Origin: an uncultured bacterium
GTDB lineage: Bacteria; CSSED10-310; CAZUFC01
Assembly (NCBI GenBank): GCA_964619725.1
Contig: CAZUFC010000037.1
Coordinates: forward strand, 2,223 to 64,719
Length of the DNA stretch: 62,497 nucleotides
Direction of reading: 5' to 3'
Shown: positions 38,824-48,154 of the stretch, piece by piece
Position numbering within the stretch: the stretch's first letter is position 1
Layout of the letters: every line of letters starts with the position of its first letter
Translations under genes and position numbers: made by a program
Notes under the pieces: model-generated
Databases searched by the model: none
Seen by the model: the letters and a program-made list of their open reading frames with translations, nothing else
What the model was told of the DNA's origin: nothing

Positions 38824-40056
38824 TCACTTCAAATAAAACTTGACTATTTCGTTCATCTTATATTCCAGCATCTTATGCAGACGCTTATCCAACAACTCCA
38901 TTATCTTCCGCTCCAATCGCAGCACATCTTCATTCGATAGTTCCAGCCCTGATGCCCCGGAAGATACCGAGGACCGTTCCCTACCGGCCGTCGCTTCGAC
39001 GTTTTCCGTTAATCTCTGTAACTGCGATTCCCATGAGGATAACTTTTCATTAAACGAATCGAACCGTTCGCCATGCTCCGCTATTCTCAACGCTATTGTT
39101 TCCATAGCATCGTTCAATTCATCGAACTTTTTAAAACTCTGGTCCCATTGAACCAGTTTATTCAGAATTGTATTGAATATCTCATAATTCTCCGCTATTT
39201 TTGCTTCTAAATCCCCGATTTTTTTAAATGCATCTTCGAGGCTGCCGGTGAGCCTATCCCAATGGGCGACGCTGACAGATGTTTTGAAAAGTTCGGAAGC
39301 AAAACGATTCAAGCGCAGTCCGAAAGTCGCATCGGTCGGCACTTTTTCAATCAACTTTTTTAATTCATTTTTAAATTCCCTGAAAAAAGCCGTTAATTCA
39401 TCGTGGCTGCTCTGTTGATGCCTCTTCAGGTCCTCAACCATCTCCGAAGAAGATGAATTATCCCCCTGTTTCAACTCAGCAGTGCCCTGACTGACGGCAA
39501 TAGCCTCTTTTATTTTTTCGTCAAAAGACTGAATTAAATCGCTCTGAAATTTCCCGATCTCTTCCCTGAATTTTCTGATCTGTTTTTTCGATTGAGCATC
39601 GAGCGCCAATGCTAAGTTATCAGCAGAAACGTCCTCCCCGGCTTCATCATATTCCGCGGAATCTTCGGAAATTTCGGAACGGAGTATGCGGGAATTAATA
39701 TATGCTTCGATCTTGGACAGCAACTCTTTGTTGTCCAGAGGTTTCAAAAGGAAATCATCCACCTTCCAGGTGCCGATCATCTCGATCGTCACGTCCTGGT
39801 TTATGCTTGCCAGAAGCACGATATAGGGACGATAAGACTGACCTATATCCCTGATAAGCCCCACGGTTTTTCCGGGAGGCATATCAAAAAAGTCCATTTC
39901 GATGAGAATAATATCCGGTTTTTCATTTTTAAGTCTCTTAAAGAAGTCTTCGGAATCTTCAGCAATGGATACGCCGTACCTTTCTTCAGGAAACGTATGT
40001 CGTATAACCTTTTGAATGGTAACGCTGTAATCCGCCAGAAGGATTCTAAAAATCAT
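38824..40056 (-). CDS. Atypical (pseudo-)receiver domain protein with coiled-coil C-terminus; RomR-like N-terminus
   Basis: ILLADYSVTIQKVI...PDIILIE...LLAS...FLLKP; long helical, heptad-like tail. Confidence 0.7.
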   Translation of the reverse strand: MIFRILLADYSVTIQKVIRHTFPEERYGVSIAEDSEDFFKRLKNEKPDIILIEMDFFDMPPGKTVGLIRDIGQSYRPYIVLLASINQDVTIEMIGTWKVDDFLLKPLDNKELLSKIEAYINSRILRSEISEDSAEYDEAGEDVSADNLALALDAQSKKQIRKFREEIGKFQSDLIQSFDEKIKEAIAVSQGTAELKQGDNSSSSEMVEDLKRHQQSSHDELTAFFREFKNELKKLIEKVPTDATFGLRLNRFASELFKTSVSVAHWDRLTGSLEDAFKKIGDLEAKIAENYEIFNTILNKLVQWDQSFKKFDELNDAMETIALRIAEHGERFDSFNEKLSSWESQLQRLTENVEATAGRERSSVSSGASGLELSNEDVLRLERKIMELLDKRLHKMLEYKMNEIVKFYLK

Positions 40057-40231
40057 CGCTTTTCCCTCTTCAGTTTAAATTACGAAAACCGGTCCGCCTC
40101 TCAATCCAAAACAGCGCTGAAACTCATTATATCGTTTCAGGAAAATCAGGTCGTACCATTACCTAATCATTAACGAGGAGAACCTACGGCGAATATTCGA
40201 ACAAACCGGATTCTCCCGGCATGGAAATCGA

Positions 40232-40972
40232 TCAGGAGTCACTCGGCTGCAACTCTTCAAGCCGGTTTTCAATAACCGATTTTAACGACTCATCATCAAC
40301 GGCTACAAGCGCCTTCTGATAATATTCCTCGGCCTTATCCACCTTTTCCGCCAGCTCGGCCAAACGTCCCATGTCATAATAGAGTCTGTCGGCAGGATAA
40401 TATTTCGGGGGTAAAGCCAGAAGCCTTTCCAAAGCGTTGAGAGCCTGAACGAACTGTTCCTGTGCTTCGTAAGAATAGGCCAAACCTATGTAAGCGGCAT
40501 CGATGAATTCATCTTCGCTGTAATCTTCTATGAACTGGTTGTAAGCTTCGATCGCCTTCTGAAGTTCATTCATATGAAAATAACAGTTGGCGAGCATTTG
40601 CAGCGAGCGGGGAGCATATTGAGTCCTTGAATACTCTTCAACCACTTTTTGAAACATCTCCGACGCTTCTTCAAAGTTTTTACGGTATGCGGCATCCTCC
40701 GCCTCGGACGGGTCCGCCGAAAGCGCCTTTTTGTAACTGCTCATCCCCTGCAGATGATTGTTGTAGGCCTTAACAGACACGCTTTTCATCGAATACGCGA
40801 CCAAGATGACTATCAACGCTACGGCCAACGCTCCCACCGTTATATAGTAAATCTTGTCTTTGTGTTCCTTGACGTTCTCTATCAATCGTCCGACGAACAG
40901 CGCGAACTCGTCCTGCTTCATTTCCTTCTTTGTTATTTTCGGTAATTTTCTTCCTTTTTGAACCATAAGCAT
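40232..40972 (-). CDS. Membrane-anchored TPR protein (YfgM-like)
   Basis: KKEMKQDEF, single TM helix, several TPR motifs. Confidence 0.8.
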   Translation of the reverse strand: MLMVQKGRKLPKITKKEMKQDEFALFVGRLIENVKEHKDKIYYITVGALAVALIVILVAYSMKSVSVKAYNNHLQGMSSYKKALSADPSEAEDAAYRKNFEEASEMFQKVVEEYSRTQYAPRSLQMLANCYFHMNELQKAIEAYNQFIEDYSEDEFIDAAYIGLAYSYEAQEQFVQALNALERLLALPPKYYPADRLYYDMGRLAELAEKVDKAEEYYQKALVAVDDESLKSVIENRLEELQPSDS

Positions 40973-41272
40973 CTTCCTCCCGTATTCAGCTCACGACATG
41001 AGTATTCGATCCGCAAAACGGACCTTCCAGAGAATATCAGCAGTTTTCAAACCGGTCAAGCGCAGAGGGTATTTTTGATTATGAAAAATTCGCCGTTTCA
41101 AATACTGACCGGAACATCTCAACATTCCCCTGATCATGACATTGACGGTGAGGCAATCCCCTGTCACGCCGAATATGGCATGGGCTATGATGAAAATCGT
41201 TCGCCGGATCCTTCAATTAATTTATGCGTATTCCTGGAAACGCCTTTCCCATTATTTTCATCAATCCTGTAA

Positions 41273-44200
41273 TTAAAACAGCCTGATATAGCCGAACTCA
41301 TTGTAACCGTTGCCGTCGCATTGAATTCCGACGGTGTTTTGAACCGTCGCGATTCCCTGCAACCGGATGGTCTTGGAGCCGTCTACGCTCACTCTCCATA
41401 AACCGCTGCACATCATATTGACCAATCCGTGTGAAGTCCCTCCCTGTATCTCGATAAGCATACGCATTGAATTTGCTACGACCTGACTGTCGGTAACGTT
41501 ATAGAGCCTGACTGCAGCAAAACCGTTGGCCGAACCTTGATGGATGGCGCGAAAAGTCCCGTAAACCAGATAATCGCCTGCGGTCGGCAGATCGACTTTA
41601 TAGTTCGTCGCATCAACATCGGCCCAATTGAATCCGAAAAGTGTCGCTCCGGAAGTTTTAACGATTGATGTCGACTGGTTGTGGACGCGTCTGGTTGCAG
41701 AGTCCGTAACGTAGGCAATTTCGCCGTTTACTTTTAACCGGAAATTTCCAGGAACGGTCGTTCCTATGCCTACATCGGAATCTGCGGTAAGGGCCAGGGC
41801 TATGCCGCCCCGGGCGCTGTAGAAGCCGAATGGAGAATCTCCGGTTGTTCCTGTTCCGGCGCCGGGCCCGATAACCCAGTTCAGCGAACCCTCGTTGAAA
41901 AACCCGATAGATGTTTCCGAGCCTGAATCGGATGTCTGCAGACTGTTGCGAATTTGAATCTGCCCGTTCCCGTAATCGTTGGAGGAGATGTAGAGTTTTC
42001 CTCCAGCTATTTCAAGTTTCGATGCCGGACCGAAGGTCCCGATGCCCAAGTTGCCGGAAGCATCGTTATAATATACTGCTGCGCCTGCAGACGAACCGTC
42101 GTCGTTATATATCAATTGCCTGTCTGAACCTCCGACCGGCCCCGCAGGACCAGTTTGCCCCTGGGGCCCTGAAGGTCCCCGGTCGCCTGACGGCCCCTGG
42201 GGTCCTGTCGGTCCGGCGCCGGCTGCCGTCCACTGAGTTCCTGTGCCTGTACTGGACAAAACCTGGCCTGCTGAGCCGGCGCTCTCGCTGGAATCATGAT
42301 ACGCGCCTGTGACGTATAAATCGCCGTTCAACTGAAGCTTATGACCGGGATCGTCCGTTCCCACGCCTACCTTTCCGTCGTTCATTAATGCCATGACCAC
42401 GCCGGACTGAGAACACAGGAAACCGAACGGCGAATCGCCCTTGGCTCCCGTTCCCGCGCCAGGTCCTATGACCCAATTCATCGCTTCCTGGTTGTAGAAT
42501 CCAATGGATGTTTCCGATCCTGCGTCGGAAGTCGAAAGACTGCTGTGTATCTGTATTTGACCGTTCATGTAATCCGTGGAAGACAGGCGGAGTTTGCCGC
42601 CGGCGATTTCCAGCCTGGATGCGGGTTCGGATGTTCCGATCCCCATGTAGTCTGATGATTCGTCATAGTATGCTATTGATCCGGCTGCTGAACCGTTGTC
42701 GTTGTAAATGAGTTGCTTGTTCGAACCGCCGACAGGACCGGTTGGACCGATCGGACCTTGTGGACCGGTGGCTCCTGCTTCGCCTTGAGGACCCGTGGCT
42801 CCTGCTTCGCCTTGAGGACCCGTGGCTCCTGTTTCGCCATGAGGACCCGTGGCTCCTGTTTCGCCATGAGGACCGGTTATGCCCGTCGATCCCTGCGGCC
42901 CGGCGGCTCCGGTTGCGCCCTGTGGACCGGTTATGCCTGTCGATCCTTGAGGGCCAGCGGCTCCTGTTGCGCCCTGTGGTCCTGTTAAGCCCGTCGATCC
43001 CTGCGGCCCGGCGGCTCCGGTTGCGCCCTGTGGACCGGTTATGCCTGTCGATCCTTGAGGGCCTGCGGCTCCTGTTGCGCCCTGTGGTCCTGTTAAGCCT
43101 GTCGATCCTTGGGGGCCCGCGGCTCCGGTTGCGCCCTGTGGACCGGTTATGCCTGTCGATCCTTGGGGACCCGCGGCTCCGGTTGCGCCCTGTGGACCGG
43201 TTAAGCCCGTCGATCCTTGAGGGCCCGCGGCTCCTGTTGCGCCCTGTGGACCGGTTATGCCTGTCGATCCCTGCGGCCCAGCGGCTCCGGTTGCGCCCTG
43301 TGGACCGGTTAGGCCTGTCGATCCTTGGGGGCCTGCGGCTCCTGTTGCGCCCTGGGGACCGGTTAGGCCTGTCGATCCTTGAGGGCCCGCGGCTCCGGTT
43401 GCGCCCTGTGGACCGGTTAGGCCTGTCGATCCTTGGGGGCCCGCGGCTCCGGTTGCGCCCTGAGGACCGGTTAGGCCTGTCGATCCTTGGGGGCCCGCGG
43501 CTCCGGTTGCGCCCTGAGGACCGGTTAGGCCTGTCGATCCTTGGGGACCCGCGGCTCCGGTTGCGCCCTGAGGACCGGTTAGGCCTGTCGATCCCTGTGG
43601 ACCTGTGGCTCCTGTTGCGCCCTGGGGACCGGTTAGGCCTGTCGATCCTTGGGGACCCGCAGCTCCTGTTGCGCCTTGTGGACCGGTTAGGCCTGTCGAT
43701 CCTTGAGGGCCTGCGGCTCCGGTTTCGCCCTGAGGACCGGTTAAGCCCGTCGATCCCTGGGGACCCACGGCTCCTGTTGCGCCTTGTGGACCGGTTAAGC
43801 CTGTCGATCCTTGGGGGCCAGCAGGTCCGGTTTCGCCTTGAGGGCCTGTCGGTCCTTCGACTCCCTGTGGTCCTTCCGGTCCGGTGTCGCCCGCCGGACC
43901 ACTCGGCCCCGTCAATCCGGTCGGATTCCCCACCCATTGACCCGCCGCATCTATCACCTGTCCATATCCCGTAATCGCGATACTTCGCGGATTAACATCC
44001 TGATCATAAACATCTTCCGCATTTTCTGACCTGAATGCCTGACCGACGCTCGTAAATCGCTGCCTCGGTTCCAAAACCCCTCCGTCGATTTCAACCTCCA
44101 ACCAGTATACCCCGTCAAAGTCCGTACCGAATAAATCGGGATCAATAGCCGTAAACTCCCCCATTATTACGTGGAATACTCCATTTTCCACGGATACGGC

Positions 44201-44416
44201 TGTATGATTTTCCGTCCACAGTGCCGTACCTCCCGTCGCTGCATCATACATGCTGAAAACGAAATTATGAGTCCCGGTCAACGGGTCTCCCTGGTCGTCC
44301 GTTAAATATCCCTGATAATTGATTTCATATGGTATGGAACCTGTTGCTGTGCTGATACCGGCTGTCCACATCATAATCAATATTGCCGATTGGATGATTT
44401 TTCTGGACTTCATCAT
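41273..44416 (-). CDS. Secreted collagen-like fibre protein with tail-fibre-like repeats and C-terminal head domain
   Basis: RBS GGAGGAGG; signal peptide; [13 protein letters not shown]-domain; long Gly-X-Y tract; duplicated QLIYND.G...GIGT..P.S.LEIAGG module; VGIGT repeats. Confidence 0.9.
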   Translation of the reverse strand: MMKSRKIIQSAILIMMWTAGISTATGSIPYEINYQGYLTDDQGDPLTGTHNFVFSMYDAATGGTALWTENHTAVSVENGVFHVIMGEFTAIDPDLFGTDFDGVYWLEVEIDGGVLEPRQRFTSVGQAFRSENAEDVYDQDVNPRSIAITGYGQVIDAAGQWVGNPTGLTGPSGPAGDTGPEGPQGVEGPTGPQGETGPAGPQGSTGLTGPQGATGAVGPQGSTGLTGPQGETGAAGPQGSTGLTGPQGATGAAGPQGSTGLTGPQGATGATGPQGSTGLTGPQGATGAAGPQGSTGLTGPQGATGAAGPQGSTGLTGPQGATGAAGPQGSTGLTGPQGATGAAGPQGSTGLTGPQGATGAAGPQGSTGLTGPQGATGAAGPQGSTGITGPQGATGAAGPQGSTGLTGPQGATGAAGPQGSTGITGPQGATGAAGPQGSTGLTGPQGATGAAGPQGSTGITGPQGATGAAGPQGSTGLTGPQGATGAAGPQGSTGITGPQGATGAAGPQGSTGITGPHGETGATGPHGETGATGPQGEAGATGPQGEAGATGPQGPIGPTGPVGGSNKQLIYNDNGSAAGSIAYYDESSDYMGIGTSEPASRLEIAGGKLRLSSTDYMNGQIQIHSSLSTSDAGSETSIGFYNQEAMNWVIGPGAGTGAKGDSPFGFLCSQSGVVMALMNDGKVGVGTDDPGHKLQLNGDLYVTGAYHDSSESAGSAGQVLSSTGTGTQWTAAGAGPTGPQGPSGDRGPSGPQGQTGPAGPVGGSDRQLIYNDDGSSAGAAVYYNDASGNLGIGTFGPASKLEIAGGKLYISSNDYGNGQIQIRNSLQTSDSGSETSIGFFNEGSLNWVIGPGAGTGTTGDSPFGFYSARGGIALALTADSDVGIGTTVPGNFRLKVNGEIAYVTDSATRRVHNQSTSIVKTSGATLFGFNWADVDATNYKVDLPTAGDYLVYGTFRAIHQGSANGFAAVRLYNVTDSQVVANSMRMLIEIQGGTSHGLVNMMCSGLWRVSVDGSKTIRLQGIATVQNTVGIQCDGNGYNEFGYIRLF
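42731..43918 (-). repeat. Coding tandem repeat, 54-bp unit ([18 protein letters not shown]); ~132 contiguous Gly-X-Y triplets
   Basis: Read directly from the DNA and protein. Confidence 0.95.
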
Positions 44417-44647
44417 GCGATTATTCCTCCTCCCTTTGTTTCCCCTTTTCCGGCGATCAAGATGCCTTTTCTTGTGAGTCTTCGACAAACCTCTTTTTTT
44501 TGCGGATCAAGAGAAAAACAGTTGTCCTGAGCTTACGGACGAAAGCGAATCAAACAGGTCAGATCACTTGACAAAGGCACTCTAACCCATTGAATTAATT
44601 TGATTTATTTAAAGAACAACTCGGCATGAAAGTTGTGCAGTTTTTAG

Positions 44648-44680
44648 CCCCCCCCTATATCCCCCCGCAAGCGGGGGGAC
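44648..44680. repeat. REP-like GC-rich palindrome
   Basis: CCCCCCCCTATATCCCCCCGCAAGCGGGGGGAC; stem TCCCCCCGC/GCGGGGGGA. Confidence 0.6.
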
Positions 44681-44960
44681 TGTTTGTTTCATTAAAACTT
44701 TTTGATCGCTCACTGAGTTTTCGCAGATCATTTCGCATTTTTTTATCAAAGCAATGTCAAGGTCAGGAGTTCAGCAAGTCATCTTTTCAATGAATTCGTC
44801 GGTGCATTTAAACCCGTACCGGTCGATTTTGAGAATTGATCAAGAGTTGAAAGAAAATTGCAAAAATGAGTATTCTCAGGAACTTTATTCTGCTGCAGGC
44901 ATTTTGTCAAATCAAATTTTCAACATTTGTTACGTTTAAATTTCGGGCATTGATGAAAAA

Positions 44961-45101
44961 TGGGACTTTTGAGGTCACATTTCTTTCGAATATCCCATCA
45001 TTTTGAACCGATTTCGATTTCGACACCGATTGCGACCCCGATTATCGAAAAAAAGTGTCAACTGTTTTGAAGAAAGTGTTACCCCGGTTCGATCAGTCCC
45101 A
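44961..45101 (+). repeat. Dispersed repeat family A, full copy with 7-bp terminal inverted repeat
   Basis: TGGGACTTTTGAGG...GAATATCCCATCATTTTG...CGACACCGATTGCGACCCCGAT...AAGTGTTACCCCGGTTCGATCAGTCCCA. Confidence 0.8.
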
Positions 45102-45274
45102 AATTTCGGAAATGATCATAGCGGGGATAAACTTTTTCATAAGAGGCCTGAATGATAGAATCCTCTATTTTTTCATCGAGGTCCGTTCGTTTCGTTGTCT
45201 GCATCGTTATCGGGGGTCACAACAAAATAACTACGAGGAGAGATGTGTAGTCCTGATCATATTTTCAAAACTTC

Positions 45275-48154
45275 TCAGCGCCTGAATTTCATAAGCGGGA
45301 AGTAAACCATCAAGAGGACGAGCCAGCCCAGATGGTGAAAAGGAACTTCATGATATTCCGTGGATATGGTTACGGAATAATCGGAGCCGCTGTTGTTATC
45401 CCAGGCGACGTTTTTCAGGCCGTCTCCAGCTCGAATAGCCAGCTTAATCGTGGTTCCGACATCGAACGGTCCGATCCTGCAGGAAAAATGGTCATCGCCG
45501 TTGAAATCAGAGGCGAAGAACTGATAGATGTCGCCCCAGTCATTATCAGTCCATCTGATTTCCACGGGGAAGAGAATGGTCGACTCGTCGGTAACGTGCG
45601 TATCCACGCAAACGAATCCGCCTTCTTCGTAGACATTCGTCCCTGTAATTTCGGGAGGAAGCCCCTCCTCCTGCGGCATGGAAGAGGGAAGATGGGGGGA
45701 TTGAGGGGAGAATCCCTGTTCATTAGCCGGATTAAAGGGCGATTCAATTATTTGAAGGGGCTGAGGCGCATCGTTGACGAAAACCTGCCATCCTCCTGAT
45801 ACGTTCATCACATCGACTTTCAGTTGAACGTTGTTCTGCAGGACTGCTTCTATCCGGGCGGCTTCGTTCGGATCGGTATGAACCGTAAACCGAACGATAT
45901 AATCGTTCTCCAGGTTTTCAGAATTCAAAATAATCCGGGTGTCGTTTCCGTCAAAAATATATTGGGCATCCACGGTTGAATCTTTGACCCGGAAGCGAAA
46001 CGAGACGTCTCCCAGCTCTTCCGGCATCGCCGGCTCCATTTCAATGATATTGTTGACGGCATCGACTTTTAATCCCGCATAAGACTGGTAAAACACCCTG
46101 ATGTATTCTGCCAGGCTCCAGGCTTGAGAGACCGTGCCTGCTTCCACTTCTTCACCGTCCCACAAGCCCCCGTGCATAATTTCACAGAGGGAGCCCAGGC
46201 AACCATCATTTAGAATATGATCGGTCATTGTTTGGGTCAGGCTATAGGCGGCATTCAGTTCGCCGAATTTCGTCAGTGCGGAAATGACGGGTCCGGACAA
46301 CCAGACCCAGACGTCGCCGTTGTGATAGGCCAGATCGCGGTGGAACAGTATGCAGTAGTAGGCGTAGGGAAAAAAATAGGGATCGTCTTCATTCAGAGAA
46401 CCGATGCCGTGGTCCCATAGCAGGTTATCTCTGACTGTATTCGTAACCCTTAACTGCTTGTTTTCCGTCAGCAGCGGCGACCATGGAACAGTAACGGCAA
46501 ATGTCTGATTAGGTCTGATGCGGGGATCGCCGATGTCGTTCGAATCGAGATGATCGAACAGACAGCCGGCATCGGGATTCCAGTATCGGGCATTGAAGTT
46601 GTTCTTGAGAGTTTCGGCCAGTTCGGAGTAAGCATCATGATGACCCTGATCTCCGATTATTTCAGCCAGGGCCGCTCCGGAAAGTAATTCCGTATACCAG
46701 AGAGCCTGAATCTCAACGCTTCTTTCGCCCCGCGGCGAGCATGGAATGGACAGATCATCGCCTGTGAACCATTGTTGAGCATCCATCCAGGTTTCTTCTT
46801 CGTCGTGCAGCGAAAATTTATGCTCATCCGTCCTTTTGATGAGTTCCCCTTCGACAGCGTTAATCACCGTATCAAAATTATCGAAGGCGAACTGCACATC
46901 GCCGGAATAAAGCACATACTCATAAAACTCCCTTATGAACCAGGGAGTTCCGTCCGCCGTATTGTAGAAGGGCTCCGTACCCGGAACGACCAGGTTGGGC
47001 ACCCTGCCGTAAGTCTCGCTGCCCGGGTCCGTATCCTGCAACGCTATCATTGTCTCCAGTATTTGCCTGGCTTCGTCGAATTTCCCCGTGCACAGGACCG
47101 CGCCGGGAAAAGATATAAAGGTGTCGCGTCCCCAGTAATTGTTGAACCAGTGCAATCCCGCGAAAATGCCTACGCCCGTCTGGTCCATGATCAGAGAATC
47201 CATCGAAATCATCGCCCATTTCATCGCTTTGTCGAATACCGTATTCTCCGTACTGAAGGAACTATCAATCAGCATATTTTCAAGTCTCTGCCTCTTCCCC
47301 GCCTTCAGAAAAGTCAGGTTAGCCAGCACGGTCTGCGCATTGTTCAATGCCGACGGCTTGTCCGCACCGTAAGAAAAAACAAAAGTTACATAACCCTTGT
47401 CTATATTCAGACTCAAGTCTCCCCCCCTATATGATTCCCCTCCGTCAAAATCGCATCGCGCCTCGTCCGTGGGATACTCTTTAGCCGTATAAAAATCATC
47501 CGTGTAATCATTATAAGTCATCGGCAAACTGCACTTCACTCCCAGATAACCAGGCGCTCTCCCGTCCGTTACCCTGACATACAGAATCTCGTTCGCTGCA
47601 TCCCATTCGCTCTGATAATTGCGATTTCCAGAAGAACCTCCCTTCCATCCGAAATTGAATTCAGGATACAGGGTCAGCGAACCGGAATAGGAGACGAAAT
47701 AAGTTACAGCTAAAACAGGAAAATTGTCAGGCAGAAATATCTCTTCCCGGGCCTCGGCAATGCTGAATGTCCTGACTAAACGCTGGGGATAAATAACAGC
47801 CCCAGATACATTATTATCGTCGAGCGTTTCGCCTGATCCGCCATATTCATCCAGACGAAGCCAGAAATTTTCCAAGTATTTATGATCGTTGTTGACTAAG
47901 CCCTGGTATTTCGATCTGCTTAATTTATTCGTTTCTCCGGTATAAGACATGGCTTTCTTGTTCGTAAAAGCAAATTCATAACTTGTGGAAGCATCGACGA
48001 TGATTTCCATGTCGTCCAGAGGCGAATCGGTCTTGCCGGCATCAGCGTCATCCGTTGCCGATACGCCCTTATTCATTGTCACTGGGGCGGATAACGACGT
48101 ATTTGCTGTGGAAATCGCTGCAGTTAACAGTATGATGAACAAAATTTTTTTCAT
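45275..48154 (-). CDS. Secreted amylo-alpha-1,6-glucosidase (GDE_C-like) with CBM-like domain and C-terminal sorting tail
   Basis: AGLHWF..WGRDTFISFPG, YNTADGTPWF, TWMDA, VEIQALWY, IRPNQ, YHNGDVWVWL, SQAWS; WDNNSGSDY; tail VPF-TM-KFRR. Confidence 0.85.
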   Translation of the reverse strand: MKKILFIILLTAAISTANTSLSAPVTMNKGVSATDDADAGKTDSPLDDMEIIVDASTSYEFAFTNKKAMSYTGETNKLSRSKYQGLVNNDHKYLENFWLRLDEYGGSGETLDDNNVSGAVIYPQRLVRTFSIAEAREEIFLPDNFPVLAVTYFVSYSGSLTLYPEFNFGWKGGSSGNRNYQSEWDAANEILYVRVTDGRAPGYLGVKCSLPMTYNDYTDDFYTAKEYPTDEARCDFDGGESYRGGDLSLNIDKGYVTFVFSYGADKPSALNNAQTVLANLTFLKAGKRQRLENMLIDSSFSTENTVFDKAMKWAMISMDSLIMDQTGVGIFAGLHWFNNYWGRDTFISFPGAVLCTGKFDEARQILETMIALQDTDPGSETYGRVPNLVVPGTEPFYNTADGTPWFIREFYEYVLYSGDVQFAFDNFDTVINAVEGELIKRTDEHKFSLHDEEETWMDAQQWFTGDDLSIPCSPRGERSVEIQALWYTELLSGAALAEIIGDQGHHDAYSELAETLKNNFNARYWNPDAGCLFDHLDSNDIGDPRIRPNQTFAVTVPWSPLLTENKQLRVTNTVRDNLLWDHGIGSLNEDDPYFFPYAYYCILFHRDLAYHNGDVWVWLSGPVISALTKFGELNAAYSLTQTMTDHILNDGCLGSLCEIMHGGLWDGEEVEAGTVSQAWSLAEYIRVFYQSYAGLKVDAVNNIIEMEPAMPEELGDVSFRFRVKDSTVDAQYIFDGNDTRIILNSENLENDYIVRFTVHTDPNEAARIEAVLQNNVQLKVDVMNVSGGWQVFVNDAPQPLQIIESPFNPANEQGFSPQSPHLPSSMPQEEGLPPEITGTNVYEEGGFVCVDTHVTDESTILFPVEIRWTDNDWGDIYQFFASDFNGDDHFSCRIGPFDVGTTIKLAIRAGDGLKNVAWDNNSGSDYSVTISTEYHEVPFHHLGWLVLLMVYFPLMKFRR

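Noticed and set aside
42731-43918. Regular repeats as a possible CRISPR array
   Set aside because: Contiguous coding repeats without unique spacers; no cas genes in the window.
42663-43974. Long alternative-frame ORFs (424 aa Arg/Ser-rich; 410 aa Leu/Arg-rich)
   Set aside because: Shadows of the 54-bp collagen repeat; only the Gly-X-Y frame has a signal peptide, RBS and flanking domains.
41273-44416. Prophage tail-fibre gene
   Set aside because: It has a Sec signal peptide, and there are no phage structural, integrase or lysis genes nearby.
44622-44637. CGGCATG-N4-TTGT as a sigma54 promoter
   Set aside because: Imperfect -12 element, and it does not point at a gene start.
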